Shown in pieces: positions 26,877 through 41,441 of a stretch of DNA of 64,000 nt. Made by a program: the position numbers and the translations under genes. How positions within the stretch are numbered: position 1 is the stretch's first letter; every line of letters starts with the position of its first letter. The notes beneath the pieces are model-generated. The model was not told the origin of the DNA. It ran no database searches and worked only from the letters and a program-made list of their open reading frames with translations. The stretch is taken from assembly GCA_051362555.1 (NCBI GenBank), contig JBPQGU010000016.1, positions 5,642,001 to 5,706,000 on the forward strand. Direction: 5' to 3'. The stretch comes from Lingula anatina. Its lineage: Eukaryota > Animalia > Brachiopoda.

Positions 26877-27105
26877 CACGGGTGGAGCTAGGATTAGTTA
26901 AAGGGGGAGTCTGCAGATGCAAAGCCCCCCTCCCCCCTTTGGTGTGGGGTGCAGGGCTCCAAAATTTTTTGGTATTTTTGAGGATGAACAGTGCCATTTA
27001 GAACTATCATACAGCAAGTCAAAATTCTAATATTTGTGTTTTTTTTGGAAATCGAAAGGGGGGTCAGGACCCCCCCCCCTGACAACCCCCTAAATCCGCC
27101 ACCAG
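26877..27105. mobile_element. MITE with GGTGGAGCTAG…TAAATCCGCC termini
   Basis: Imperfect terminal inverted repeats and GC-rich G/C runs typical of invertebrate 'GGCGGATCTAG' MITEs. Confidence 0.55.
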
Positions 27106-30100
27106 TTATATTTTATTTTGGTTTGATAGATGTATTCTGTAAGTCATTACAGCATAAGACTAGTGTGTCTGTACTAAGGCAGTGCAGACAGAGACCTAGC
27201 TGTCTATTTTTTGAAGATGTGTTTGTGTCTACTAATTTTACTTTTGTGCACTGAAAGTACACGTATGACTCAAGTCATTAATTTGGGCATTACGTTCCTG
27301 CTCCCAAATCTGAGACTTGTGATAGCAAATGGCAATTATCATTTATGAGACCTGATTTCAAAATTCAACCTATCTATCTGTTTCCAAGTGGAACCCCTAC
27401 TGCATACCAGGCACCTTATTATATTTCTCATTATTGTATATGTGATCTGCCTTGTTTTACCTTTTATTAGCGTGACAGGTCCAAGGTCTGGTGATGTAAA
27501 GATTTCTTCAATACGTCAATAAGTTTACCAGCCACTGATCCTGTTTACTGGTACAGACAGTATATATATAGACTTATATGATTGATCTGTACATGTAAAC
27601 AGGTGTAAATAAAATGGATAAAACTAGGGATTCTGCATTTCTGATATTGGATTTATCTTATATTGAAAATATTTGATTAATACTATTAAAATTGAAATGT
27701 TATACAATTATATACAAGAGAGGGCAAAAGTGGCTAATTTGTTTTTTTGTATTTTATTAATGTAGTTGTATGGAGTTCTTTATTTTCCTTTCATGATCTG
27801 TATATATTCACTATCTATTTGTCTGAAGTGCCTATTTAGAATAATGTACAGTTGTATAAATTAAATACTGTTCAATGTCAGAGAAAGGCATTTCTGTGTA
27901 GCGGTAGAAGAAAGCACATGAAAAGAATTTAATATGATGATGATGATTATTTTTTGCTTTCAAATCCTTCATGGAATAAAAAAATTCTGCCATTGTCACA
28001 GGCGAAGCAATGAAGTGGAGACGTGTTGAGTTTAATGTGCTTGGTGGCATGATGACAATTGTCTTCATGCATGTTTATAAGTTGATGTACTTGATTTAAT
28101 GTTTCACTTTATTATACCTGCAGGTTTAAATTACTAGTGGAGTTTGGTATGAATACAACCAGTTTCCACAGTAAACCAGTGTACACAGAATTGGAATGAT
28201 ATGACGCAGATAGCTGTGAAACTTTTTATCTTGAAGCATAATATTTCCAGTCTGCTACGTACGTTAATTAGCCACTGGTCACATACCATTGGCCAGTAAA
28301 ATCTCACGCGGACCAGTATTTTTTTAGAATGTGTGAATTTAGTGGTGGGACATGTCCAGTAGATTTTTTCATTACAAAAACTGACATTTTTGTATGTTTT
28401 TCCATAAATATTTTGAGTGTGTCTACAATACAATACAATACAATACAATACAATACAATACAAAGCTAAATCAAGGTCTTGACATTACTAGTATTAATTT
28501 GTAATTTGGGTTAATGTCTGTTCTGATCAAAATTATTCTTTGGACCATGATTCTTATTTAGACCAGTGAATTGTAGGAAACAGGTGGTCCACTTTTTGAT
28601 GTAAGTTCAAGCCACTTGATTTCAATGGGTTAACAATTTAAAGACTAAAAAAGTTAAACAAGACAAACATCTCCTGGCAGCATGCCAGAGACATTCTTCA
28701 CATTAATGATGAGACACATTAAGAACATCGTTGCCTTGTCTGATGTGCCATTACAGACTTTAGAACACATTTTCTGCTGATTTAACAGGAAGATAGAATA
28801 AACCAGCACATGGATAAATTCTGTCAGCTTTTATTCACACTTGCTTGTCTGCCATCATTTCTGACCTCAATTTCCTCCAAATCCCATTTCATTCTACACT
28901 TTGCATGACTTTGGGTTGTATTGGATGATACCCAATTCCGTACCATCTGTCTTTGTTTGATCTTATTGTTTTAGGAAAAATATGAGGCTTTAGTGTTACA
29001 AACTAGGCACATCTTAGGCATCATGGTTATTTTATTATTAGTAACCATGTTTTGATAGAAATTATTATCCTGTATGCTTTTAAAGTTAAAAATTAACTCG
29101 GATTATTTCTTGATCTTTGTTAGCCGTCTTTTAAAATTTTTGAAAAGGAAATTATTTGCGCTCAGACGTAAAGAGAACTTTGAGGTTGTCCTCCTTTTCA
29201 GGCCATGGCTGTTGTGAGTGAGATCATCTGATTCCTCGGAATTAATTGGCATTTAAAGAAAACATCTTGTAAGTCGGCTGTGACAGAACAGCAGACAAAC
29301 ATCGAAAAAATGATATCGTAAAGGAAATGAGTATGGATTGTCTATACCGTAAGGATCCATTGGAGGACACATCCATCTTTCATTTGAAGACAATTATCCT
29401 ATCCGTGGCACCTCCAATTCAACCAAGGCCCAGGGCTCACTAACACCCCTTGTTCTGGTTGCTATGATGCCATGGTCTGGGACCAGCAGTGTCTTTGACT
29501 GAAGTGTTACATCTGGGATGTCTGTTCACATGAAAGAACTTTCATAGAAAATCATTAAAGATAGTAACACAGGGATTCTATTTGCAACAGTTGTTATGCT
29601 GGATATGAAGAAAATGGGAATGCCTTTGTAATTTGAGGGGGAGGGAGGAAATTGTAAGACAAATTTGTTTCATGCACAACTGGACATTACTTCGACCAAA
29701 GAAACTGGACATTACTTCGACCAAAGAAACTGGACATTACTTCGACCAAAGAAAAATTTTTGTATTTCCCACTGATGATGCAGTATCAAATGTTTGATGT
29801 TATAATTTGGAAAAAAAAGGTCAAGATCATCCAATGAAATTATTTCATAAAACACTTTAAATTCTTTACTCAACAAATAAGCTATATTCATGTGGACAGC
29901 TATGTGGTATCTAGATCTGTTATAATATTTCTTTGGTTGGTTGTGTATCATCATGAACTCACGCATTTAATGTCATTGTGCTCCGTTCCCATGTTGCATA
30001 GATTTTAATTGAAAAAGTAAACAGATATGCTAGCTAAAAGATAGCAATAGCTTTAGAGGATAATTCCGGAACCCCTACAGATAAAATTGCCAAAATTGTT

Positions 30101-30988
30101 GGAGTTAATAACAAAGATAGAAATATAAGAACATTTTGGTGCCATAGAATTTCGATAACTTACTCTAAACTGATGTTAGGTGGTCTTGTTTACAAAGGTC
30201 CAATGAAAGTTGGTATTTTTAAAGATATCAGTGATAAAATGTAAACAGAATGATGTTCAGAAAATCAGTGGCACAAGTACTCATGCACAGCTCTTACATG
30301 CCATTGGAATTTTTCTAATATAAGCTAGGTAGTAGAACTGCTGATGTGGCAGCTTCAATAAAATTATCATAGTTTTTCTGAAGACCAATATTATCCATGT
30401 ACATTATATGACTGTATTATAAGAAGCAGTTTCATACAAAGTCGATTTTTAGCCTGATTTTGGCTAACAGGCCGGGGTATATAACCTTACGAGAAGGACA
30501 ATTATCAGGTGTCTACCACAATTAGGATCAGGTACTTTTTATGTCTATGACTAAAAGGTTGGAACACGCTTTCCCTTTTATCTGCTGAATGTTGCTGTCA
30601 CCAGCCCTAAGTGATGAGTTATGTCTTTGTCTAATTTTTGGTGTCTCCAAAGAAGACAATTATTATGGAAGCTAGGCAAGCCCTATAGCTAGTACCATAA
30701 AATTAATGTTCATGTCTTACTGAAGTTTGCCTCTTGGTTATAGCTTTTATTATCCCTTCAAACCAAGAAAACAATGGTCAAATTGTTTTTTAGAAAAAAA
30801 TGAAAAATGAAGTTTTTGTGAAGAAATAACATAAAATCTCTTGTGGGATTGCAAGATTACCTGTCTTTACCTCACATAATGATTCAAAACTGATATGAGT
30901 TTGATGTTGAATGGCAGCTGGAATTGTTTTTTCAACATCTTTAAATCCATGCATTATAAAAAATAAAGCACTATTTACACCAATTTAA

Positions 30989-31326
30989 AGGGATAATAAC
31001 CGTTTGCTTTGGCCAAAAAATGAATTTTCCTAGAGTAAACAACAATTTTCCCATTCTTACCAATGGTTAATGAATCCATTTCTACATTGAAAGTTAGTCC
31101 CTGATTTTTTTCTAAAAAGTTTGTTTTTTTTGTTATAATCTCTCAAGAGATTATTAAAGAATATAGCCATCTTTGGAGGTCACATGATCTGATGACAAGC
31201 TCAGATATCAGAATAATAGCTATAACTGCTGTTTTTGTGGTAAAACAGAATATATAATATTTCTATGAGTTGTTTACAATGTTTTTATTGTGAAATATAG
31301 ATCTGATGTGAAGAGTTATTATCCCT
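30989..31326. mobile_element. Kolobok-like non-autonomous DNA transposon (MITE)
   Basis: TTAA|AGGGATAATAAC … GTTATTATCCCT|TTAA: TIRs with RR…YY ends and a TTAA target duplication, as established for Kolobok. Confidence 0.85.
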
Positions 31327-31832
31327 TTAATAGTCATTTCTTTTCCACATGGATAACTGATAGAAAAACCTGTATGTTATCTTGTCTATCACGTCGTGTT
31401 GTTACCTGCAGTGGGTTAAAATAGTCTTTTTTTCGCAGTGAGCTGATCAAGCCACTGTGAAGTAAACGTTATACATAACCTGCAGGAACATGAAGCCATA
31501 ATTGTGCTGAAATACAGTTATTAAGCTGTAAACTCTACATGGTTTCAACTTACGAACTTAAAGTTAATGCTGAACAGCGCGAAACACGATAGATGAATAA
31601 ATAAAACATGAAACCCAGAAATCCTATTTGTACTTACAGGTTACAGAGGTGTGGCACTGTGGAGGCAGATCAATAAAATTGGTATGTTTCTAATTTTCCT
31701 GGAAGGATATGCACAAATAATCATCCTAGCTTTGTACACAGAGTGGCATGAAATTTTACATAACAGTGATATAACAAAGTGGGAAGTTGCCTTGAAGGAG
31801 ATAAAGGGAGAGACTGTTTCAAATTTTTTAAT

Positions 31833-31979
31833 CAGGGGCGGATTGAGGCTGTCTTCTGGGTCTTCTGTTTACATTGACTGGTATCTAATTTTTTCTGTCA
31901 GAAGACAGTCAAAAATGCAGGCTGGATCAACAAAGACACTTTGGAAGACTGTCAGAAAATATCTCTGGATCCGCCCCTG
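31833..31979. mobile_element. MITE family with CAGGGGCGGAT…ATCCGCCCCTG TIRs; 4 copies in window
   Basis: Perfect 11-bp TIR here. Homologous copies lie at 32402-32564, 35835-35979 and (inverted) 45413-45515, all with GTCTTC/GAAGAC sub-repeats. Confidence 0.85.
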
Positions 31980-33080
31980 TTAATGGTTTTACATTTAAAT
32001 AATCAAATTATAAGTAATAAAGCTGCAATAAATACTTTTTTGTTGCAAAGTGAAATTACAGAAATTTTTGAGGAGTAGCAGAAAAAAGAAAAGCTGCAGA
32101 GCTTGGAGGTTATAAAAACTTCTTAGATATTCAAAATAGATCGTAAGGCTCCATAAAAGACGCTGAAAAGATTAACCTTTTTGCCAATTTCGCAACAAAA
32201 ATTCTGCTTGAAGTCAAGCATACAATGACCATTTAAGTCCCATTTGCATTTTCTAAAAATCTCTTTAAGCTGTGTGGTATTAATGGCTTGCTGTAGTTTT
32301 ATCCTAGAATTAAGTGCCCTGTGACCAGTTCATACACCCTGTACAAATGCTGATAATTATATTCATCTAACTCTGTATCAAGTCATCTGCATTTGAATTA
32401 TCAGATTGAGGCCGTTGTATGGGTCTTCTGGAAGATGGTCATATTTTCAAGTTTACATTGACAGGTATCTAATTTTTTTCTGTCAGAAGATGGTCAAAAA
32501 TGGATGATGGATCAACAAAAATAATTTGGAAGACTGTCAGGAAATATCTCTTGATCCTCCCCTGATTATGATCCTCTTTTCTCTTGTAAGATCTACTTAA
32601 ATATAGACTTAATAATAGACTTAATAATACTTAAATATAGACTTAATAATACTGTTGTTCTCCTATTAAAGTACATGCAGGAAGTGCATTGTCCTAAGCA
32701 TGGATATTAGACCAATTCCCAAGACACATGTTACGTACATCCTGTTTATGCAATAACATTGCTTCTCCATTTGTATACAGTTTGTCACGCATTTGTGAAA
32801 TTTTTTGGTCTTATACATGTGCTGTTTACAGAGCAGTATTACTTTCATATACTGTATTTCAAGCAATTAAATGTTACCGCCTTTTTATAAAAAAAAAAAA
32901 TAGTGAGATATGAGATTGCACACAGGTTTTTTTAATGATAGTGAATAGTAAAGTTTTTTGATATAAGCTTGATGAGGCTTGACTTTTTGTTCTTATCTGA
33001 TATTCTATAAATCTGATATCTATAAAGTATTTATTAAGATTGGTAAAATGGCCTTTTTTGCTTTAAAATGGGATGGTTCT

Positions 33081-33155
<75 letters not shown>

Positions 33156-33840
33156 CTGATATTATCTGTGATGGTGTAAAGCTTTCTTTTAGTGTTCCCA
33201 TGTCTATATTGACATAATCATACCTACTTGTATTAACTTAATCCTGTATGATAACAACATATATGCAAAGCTGATTTATGTTCCACAGAAAAAAATTTAT
33301 CATGATTGCTAAAACATGGGGATTTGAATTGGATCAATGGCAGATGAAATGACTGACTTCTGAATTGAAATGGATATAACTGTAGTTGTATTGCAGATTG
33401 AAATGTGAGCGTCACAGTTGGCTTTTTTTAAACAATTATTTTCTTGTCCTCAAAATGAATTAATGCACAGAATATAATTGTCAAAATTTCTGGAAGAAAG
33501 AACAAAAATCTATTTTCTGGTAAGGATTTGCATGATTATTTGAAATGAGTATTTGTCTAGGATTGCGGTGCCAGTTATGGTTGACAAGTATTAACTTTGA
33601 ACCAACAAAATGTGCTTTCATCTTTCAGAAGTAGAAGGATAATTTTTTTTTTGTCAGGTTTCCCTTTGATGATTTTATTTGATGAGCTGTTGCATCTTTC
33701 AAAACCAGCATTTTGAAAATCCATAGCATTCCAGCATCAAAAAGGAGCAAACGTGAACAAATTAACAGATCTGACAACCGTCCTTGTGACTTGTTAATTT
33801 TTTGGCTTAACTACAGGAGCTGTTAGTAATACCACACTAT

Positions 33841-34085
33841 GGGCCTGTTCACAAAGAATGTACTTATCTATAGCTACTACATACTATCTCCACGGGGACT
33901 TCCTGATTGCAATCAGCTTTACAGAGTGACACGCCTCTTTCTTTCCATAAAATCAACCGCTTTTCTGTTACAGTATTTGATCTATTAAAAGCTAGTAGGA
34001 GTCGTGTTAGTCTGATTGTATTCAGCGAGAGTCCCCGTAGAGATAGTGAGCAGTAGGTTGGTTGACAAAATTAATTGTGACATAC
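33841..34085. mobile_element. Fold-back MITE, Harbinger-like
   Basis: Inverted arms CTATCTCCACGGGGACTTCCTGATTGCAATCAG / CTGATTGTATTCAGCGAGAGTCCCCGTAGAGATAG. Confidence 0.7.
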
Positions 34086-35377
34086 ATATACACCCACTGT
34101 ACCAGATGCATATGTTCCTGGTGAAAAAATATGGATTTATAAACCATTGTTTGCCTGAGTAATATTTTTAAAAGTGAAGAAGTATGCGCATTAAACAGAA
34201 AGATGGCTCGGAAAACAACCACAGGCGTGAGATGTGATTTCTGTGTATCTCTCAAGGGAAAAGAAAATGGATAACGCACACTAAAAATGCAGAACTGTAT
34301 GTGGCAATAAAGGTGAAAAGTGATTGGTGTCAATAATGTGGTTGACATGGCGATGGCCATCCCATCATTTCTGTCTGAAGTCTTCATTAACTTACTTCTA
34401 AAACAATCATCTGAAAAAGGAAGCTGCTTAGGATTCTTGTATGATTGGATTCGATTTGATAAATTGATTGTGACTATCACTAATTTAATAAAACTTGAAA
34501 GTGCTCTTTGTCCATGATAATACTTCTGGTTTTTATTCATTTTGACACATTTGATGCATTATCTTTTCAGTTTTTGTGCTTTTAGTCTCAGTGCTGGTTA
34601 CACAGAATATATGTAGCTTTTGTAAAACAGTTTTATAGTTCAATGTTTTATTTTGATGAAATGAAATACTATTAATCTAAAATTATATTAAATTAATGCT
34701 GCAGCTTCATATTAAAGCCATTTAGGTGTGTGATTGGCACCAACAAACACACTGAGCAGTAATTAATAGCAGGTTAACAACAGTGAAACTGTTAAATAAT
34801 ATGTTCAAACAAATTTGAAAGTAAAATGAAGTTATTTGTGAAAAAATCCAGTCACGTTTGATATTTGATCTGGTAGTATTGAGCACTGAAACTGAAGCAT
34901 GAGTAGTTTTTTTAATAACTCATGATCATTTAATTACAAAAATGAAAAAAACTTATTTAATCCTTAATAGACCGTTCTATTTTCTAAATCTAAAATGGAT
35001 GTTTTTCTCAACAATTTGACTGCTGGATATATACTTGGTCCTGCTGTTTTCTGTTATGTTTATTCCCCACTGCATCCTTCTGATAAAACATCATTTGTGA
35101 ACCAACGTGAAACTAAATCAAACTCAATCAGTTTTTGGTGGACTTCTGTTTAATTTTGCATGACTTTTGTTCAGTCTGATAAGATAATAATTATAAACTT
35201 TTTTTGTTAGAATTCTTTTTGATAGCACAATTCATCTATATACATAACATGTATATATTTATATTATGTAATGAATATATATACATGATCGCTTCACTTG
35301 TATGGTGGTGTTATGTGTGTGTGTGTATTAAGAAGTCTGAGATACATAAACTTATAAGATTGAAAAGCCAGGTTTAA

Positions 35378-35607
35378 GGGCTTGTTCCAAATGAAAATAT
35401 CAGTCTTTGTAGATTAGGGACTATCTCTGATTGCAATCGGCTTAATAGGTTTACCCACCTCCTCCTGACATTGACTAGAATACAGAAAAGTTGGTGATTA
35501 TATGAGTATGTTGAAGCAAGAGGAGGTGTGTCAGTCTGTTAAGCTGATTGCATTCAGCAAGAGTCCTGCAGAGTTGGATCCATCTGCATAGACTGATAGA
35601 TGAGCCC
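35378..35607. mobile_element. Fold-back MITE, Harbinger-like, TAA TSD
   Basis: TAA|GGGCTT … GAGCCC|TAA, with internal inverted arms (CCTCCTCCTG / CAAGAGGAGG). Confidence 0.75.
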
Positions 35608-37432
35608 TAAGAGGAAGACATAAAGCAAAAACAAGATGAACTGAACATCTTTTGATGGGGAGTCCTTTGAAGTGCTTATAGTTACAGGTGAAGACTTTTG
35701 ATTGTCTTATACTCTTCCTCTCCAATAGCAGAGATAAGGCTACAGTTTATGTAACTGAGCTGGACCTATTAAATAAAGTGGTCATAACAGTTGTCGAAAC
35801 CCTTGAAGTTATGAATGAGATAATACACTGTTGCCATGGGCAGATTTAGGCTGTCTTCTGTGTCTTCCGGAAGATGGTCAGATTTTTAAGTTTTCTGTCG
35901 GAAGACAGTCAAAAATGGAGGCTGGATCAGCTAAGATAACTTGGAGGACTGTCGGAAAATATCTCTGGATCTGACCCTGGTCACCCCAAGCCATATTTGC
36001 TAGAATGCATTGTAAACATGAGAATCAGGGAAATACCAGACTTTGATGATATTCATATATACAGAATTGTTTTGACAAAAGCTTATTGAGACAAATAATT
36101 CATCTGTATTATCTTATTTTGCCCAGATGAATTTTAGATTCCTTATTACAAATATCTCTGACTTTGATGTTGTTTTTTTTCTGTTGACTGTACCACAAGC
36201 CATGATACTGTCACGCCCCGTTTATACCAGACAGATTATTTTAAAATTACTCTGTAATGCTCGCTGAAAGGTCTGGAGTTGATAAGGTTGCATGCAATAA
36301 GATGGAGATTTTTTTAAAAATCAGGATCTGACATGCATGGACTATCTCCTAGACTATCTCTGTATGAGTGTGTGAGTTTCACTGTGGGAGCATTTCAAGA
36401 TTTCCCCACAGACCAGAGGGAGTTGAAAGTTCTGACTTAACTTGAGGTGATTTTCGTTAAGAGGCTCTGGGCTCATCTTCAAGGCTCATGGGGCTCGGAT
36501 ATAATGAGATGAAATTCACATTTGTAAAAGGATGTGTGCTTTTAAGAGATTACTTTATGATGAAGAAAAAATTTATGGAATTTCCCAGGAATTAAACAGA
36601 ATATCAGTTTTTTTATTGACTTATATTGATTGATATGGTTTGTGTATAATAATGTCATCACCCTAAAACCAGGAGAGGAATAAACATGATAAAAGCTTTT
36701 AGTTACAGCTCCATTGGCAGTTTCTGTGTGAAGAACTTTGTAGGATCAAATACTTATTGTTGGTCTGACTGTAAATTCATCTTTTAAAAATGTAGCTGGT
36801 CTTTGGACTAACTATACACAACTTTCCCTTGACCCTTAGAAATTTTGGTTAAGATTGGTAGGGGTATCTGGTGGCTCCCATGTTTCTGAGACATTTATTG
36901 TAGTCAAAAACAAAAGTTTGCATGAAATGCAATTGTATTCAGTAATGAATAACATTCATTATATATTGTAGAATAAAATGTCCTGGGTATCAATTTATCT
37001 TTAGGAATGGTGTCTCCCCTTTTATTACCCAGTTTCACACAATGGTATCATAGTTATTCTCAGTGTTTTGTGTCTGCCAACTTAGTGAAATCGCTGATTG
37101 ATTTCTTTTTAAAGGCAATTGTTTTGTCATTGTTTTTGTGCGATAAGGTATGGGTATTAGAAACACAGATTGATTGCTTTTAAAGCTGTGATTAAGTAGT
37201 TAAAGTATTTGTCTCTCTGGTTAATTTACCTTTAGTTAGCTATCCTTATCCTGGCAAGATAAAATCTGTTTTAGAAGATGATCATTTATCTGAAGAATGA
37301 GACAAAGGCAAATCCCTTTCAGCTTTCCACAAATCAGGAAGAGAAAAGACTGTCATATTCAAGCCATAATTTGATAACACTATGAAGGACTGTATGCATT
37401 TTCACATCAAGCATTATGCCTCACAGTTTGTT

Positions 37433-37479
<47 letters not shown>

Positions 37480-37693
37480 TTTTTTTGTGTGTGTGTTGTT
37501 TTGAGGGGTCCTAGCTACAAATTGTAATTACACTACAGGGAACTTAACTTGCCTTTATAATTAAGTTTGCTTCCTACTGTTTGGGTGGAGGTTCTGCCCA
37601 TGAAAGACAAGAAATATAGAAAGCACATGATTTTTATCTTTAAGATCACAAAGGTAGATTCTCAGGAGGACAAGATGGCGAACATGGTGTTTT

Positions 37694-38070
37694 GACCGAC
37701 CAGATAGCCTTGTGGTTAGAGTGTCCACCTCCGGAGTGGGAGGACCTAGGTTTCGACCCTGTCTGGAGACATACATGTATCAGTCCTTTATAAATGGTAC
37801 CTGCTGTCTCCCTCTTGGCACTCAGCACTAAGGGGTTGAAGCAGGGACCTGGTCTGGCAGTGGAAAATGGTACATTTACTAGCTTCGAGCGCCTAATACG
37901 GCAGCCGGGATGTATCCTCCCCAGGGAGGCGAGAGCGACAACTTATAGTATGGAACAAGGCCAAAAAGACCAGGCTTCATTTGAATTGTGAATTTAATAT
38001 AATATATGTATAATTTCAACGCTCGGGTTTGCCATATCTCAGTAAAGATTATTTGATATATCAAAATGCT
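37694..38070 (+). mobile_element. tRNA-derived SINE, probably Nin/Deu-domain type
   Basis: Pol III A-box-like TAGCCTTGTGG (37705) and B-box-like GGTTTCGACCC (37749). The following TAAATGGTACCTGCTGTCTCCCTCTTGGCACTCAGCACTAAGG resembles, from memory, the conserved central domain of Nin/Deu SINEs. The 3' end is approximate. Confidence 0.7.
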
Positions 38071-38591
38071 GATAGTTTGCTATTCAATAAAATCTCCTTA
38101 ATTGGGAAATAGTTTACCAGATATCTGAGTGTAATTCCACATTATTAAGGATAAACAATGTGCACAGATAAAATGTCATCTGGACAAAATTAACTTTTAC
38201 TCACTGAGTTCACTGAAGTCTAAATATCTGTATTTTGATTTATTTGGGAATTATAGTAATTTCATTTATATTCACACATAATTTTATCACTAATTATTTC
38301 CTCTGAATTGTCCCCTCCGTAATGGACATTTGAATACAGCGGAATTACCCTGAAAATCTGACCTTTTGGTATATTTGCCCTGAGCCTCAGTTGAACTTCA
38401 CGTGCCCTTAGAGCACATTGTGATTACCTTGACAATGAAGATTTCTCCCTGTGGTAACAGTCTATTTAGGAATGTCATCTACATCTATACAAGAAATGAA
38501 TCAAATCTGGCAAAGCTAACAGTGGACTCTGTGACTAGTGAAATGGATTCCTGAGTTTTCTTTTCAACTTTTAAGTTTGATAGGGCTACTT

Positions 38592-38750
38592 CTCTTAGCA
38601 AAATATCAGGTCTGACACAAACTCTCATGCAGCAGCAATACAAATTTTTCTTGCAAACTCCTGCAACTGGTTGCCGCAAACTTTTAGTTAGCAGCAAATT
38701 TGCTGCAATTTTGCAGCAGTATTGCAGCAAACTTTTTCTTTTGCTAAGGG
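38592..38750. mobile_element. Small MITE with C(C/T)CTTAGCAAAA…TTTTGCTAAGGG TIRs (EnSpm/CACTA-like, CCC ends)
   Basis: TIRs plus internal TGCAGCAAA repeats. A shorter sister copy lies at 49749-49832. Confidence 0.7.
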
Positions 38751-38936
38751 ACTGTACATGGTGGTGTGCCAATCTAGGTTGGGTTTGTCTCCACTGGCAT
38801 GGGGTCTGTTTTATTTACTTCTAAAAATTGGTCAAGGCAGGGTGCATGCAGCAGACCTCTTTTTTATGTACAGACACAGATGTGTCTGTACATATAGCCA
38901 TCATCTGCGTCTGTCGTCGCCGTCGCCGTCGTCGCT

Positions 38937-38970
<34 letters not shown>

Positions 38971-38972
38971 CT

Positions 38973-39013
<41 letters not shown>

Positions 39014-39021
39014 GCACTTTT

Positions 39022-40300
39022 ACCGATAACACGATAAGTGGAAAACCATTTTGCCTTTTGATTTGAAACTTGCAGAACTGATGAATATTCATAATACGCA
39101 GGCCAAGTTCGAAAATCAGCATGATCGGGTCACTCTTAGGGAATTTATGCTGTTTTTTCACTTTTTTCAACATATATGCAGCACCGATAACACGATAAGT
39201 GGAAAACCATTGTACCTTTTGACTTGAAACTTACAGAACTGATGAATTTTCATAATATGCAGGTCAAGTTCGAAAATCAGCATGATTGGGCCATTTTTAG
39301 GGAATTTATGCTGTTTTCTCACTTTTTCAGCATATATGCAGCACCGATAACACAGTAAGTGGAAAACCATTTTACCTTTTGGCTTGAAACTTACAGAACT
39401 GATGAAAATTCTTAATACGCAGGTCAAGTTCGAAAATCAGCATGATCGGGTCACTTTTAGGTAATTTATGCTGTTTTTTCACTTTTTTCAGCATATATGC
39501 AGCACCGATAACACGATAAGTGGAAAACCATTTTACCTTTTGACTTGAAACTTACAGAACTGATGAATATTCATAATAGGCAGGTCAAGTTCGAAAATCA
39601 GCATGATCGGGTCACTTTTAGGGAATTTATGCTGTTTTTTCACTTTTTTCAGCATATATGCAGCACCGATAACACGATAAGTGGAAAACCATTTTACCTT
39701 TTGACTTGAAACTTACAGAACTGATGAATATTCATAATACGCAGGTCAAGTTCGAAAATCAGCATGATCGGGTCACTTTTAGGGAATTTATGCTGTTTTT
39801 TCACTTTTTTCAGCATATATGCAGCACCGATAACACGATAAGTGGAAAACCATTTTACCTTTTGACTTGAAACTTACAGAACTGATGAAAATTCATAATA
39901 CGCAGGTCAAGTTCGAAAATCAGCATGATCGGGTCACTTTTAGGTAATTTATGCTGTTTTTTCACTTTTTTCAGCATATATGCAGCACCGATAACACGAT
40001 AAGTGGAAAACCATTTTACCTTTTGACTTGAAACTTACAGAACTGATGAATATTCATAATACGCAGGTCAAGTTCGAAAATCAGCATGATTGCTATTTTG
40101 AGGGAATTTATGCTGTTTTTTCACTATTTTCAATATAAATGCAACACTGATAACACAATATAAGAAAAACAGATTGGCCAATTGTAATTATACTCACAGG
40201 AGTGGTCAATCTTACTAAAACGCAGTTTGAGTTCCAAAATCAGCATAATCGGGCCATTATTTTAGAAGTTATACTGTTTTTTTCACATTTCCTCAGATTC
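39022..40300 (+). repeat. 161-bp tandem satellite, 7 conserved units plus 1 degenerate
   Basis: ACCGATAACAC starts at 39022, 39183, 39343, 39504, 39665, 39826 and 39987, with a degenerate unit from about 40145. Confidence 0.95.
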
Positions 40301-40812
40301 AATTCTTAAGCATGTTAACAGTCTCATTATTTAACTAATAAGATGCCTAAAAGTGTTTGTTTGATATTTCCTGCATCTTTACAACATTGTTAGTTGATTA
40401 TGTAAATAACATGGTAAACTTGTTATCATGTATTGTGTAATAAAGTGTCAAAAATGGAAATAAACTCATATCATTGCAGTTTGTCAGATTCAATCATCCA
40501 CTATGTTCAGAATCTCAGAATGGAGGAAATTGGACATTTAACACTGTTCTATTGATACTTTTCCCATCTCATCAATTTTTTTAGTTGGTCATATAAAAAT
40601 GGCAGTAAAATGTTTATTTTGTTTTATGTTAAAAAAGTGTTAAAAATGGAAATAAACCCATTTCAGAACAGTGCTGTCTTGTTTACATTTTGGCATTTTC
40701 AAGACGTGACTTTGAAGTTCCATGGGCCTGAAGACCTTTGCTAGTCACATTTTCTGAATATCTGTGATACAAATGTTTTATAATTAAAAATTGATGGTCA
40801 TTAAGCTGTTAA

Positions 40813-41441
40813 AGTCATAATAACTCTTCGTTTTGGCCAAAAATTGGATTTTCCTGGAAAAAACGGCAATTTTCCCGTACTTACCAATGGCCAACGACCC
40901 CATTCCTGCATTCAAAGTTAATCCAGGGTTTTTTTCCTAAACGTACGGTTTTTTGTTAAAATCTCTTAAGAGATTTTAACTGACGGAGCTCTCTCTGACA
41001 TTGCAAAGTCACTGGTGACCTACTTAAAACCGCGGGAAAAGCAGACAACAACAACACTATATAAGATTCATGAGATATATTCGTCTTTTTGTTAAAAATG
41101 CATTTATATCCGCAATGTGTGCCATTCTGGGCTTTTCGTTATCCGACGCACTGTACAAAAACTCGCAACTTACGTCTGCGTCTGCACTAATGCGTTTGGC
41201 GCCATGTTATTTTGGTCTCGAATGAACGCGAGAATCCGCGTGACACCATTACGTCATTAGCAACGAATGCACTTGTCGACCGGAAAAAAGGCATCGTAAG
41301 CCCTATTGACAAGCACAGATTTTAGTTTTCCTACAATAACGGCCGTTTTAGTGGTAAAATACAATAGAATATATTTCCATGCGTTTTTTACAATGTATTT
41401 CATGCGGATTTTTGAATCTCAAAGGAAGAGTTATTATTGCT
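40813..41441. mobile_element. Longer Kolobok-like element nested in the HINE
   Basis: TTAA|AGTCATAATAACTCTTCG … GGAAGAGTTATTATTGCT|TTAA. Termini are homologous to the 338-bp MITEs and the middle is CpG-rich. A paralogous empty site GCTGTTAAACATTAT occurs at about 41787-41801. Confidence 0.85.

Noticed and set aside
34022-34540. 172-aa ORF, the longest unexplained one
   Set aside because: Composition looks non-coding, there are no motifs, and it overlaps a MITE end.
37694-37770. Possible tRNA gene
   Set aside because: A/B boxes are present, but there is no clean cloverleaf or terminator, and the sequence continues into a SINE body.
38722-39173. Poly-Arg, Ser/Pro-rich and Asp/Gly-rich ORFs (protamine-like or acidic-protein-like)
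   Set aside because: All are translations of the (GTC/GCC)n microsatellite in the HINE head; there is no splice or gene context.
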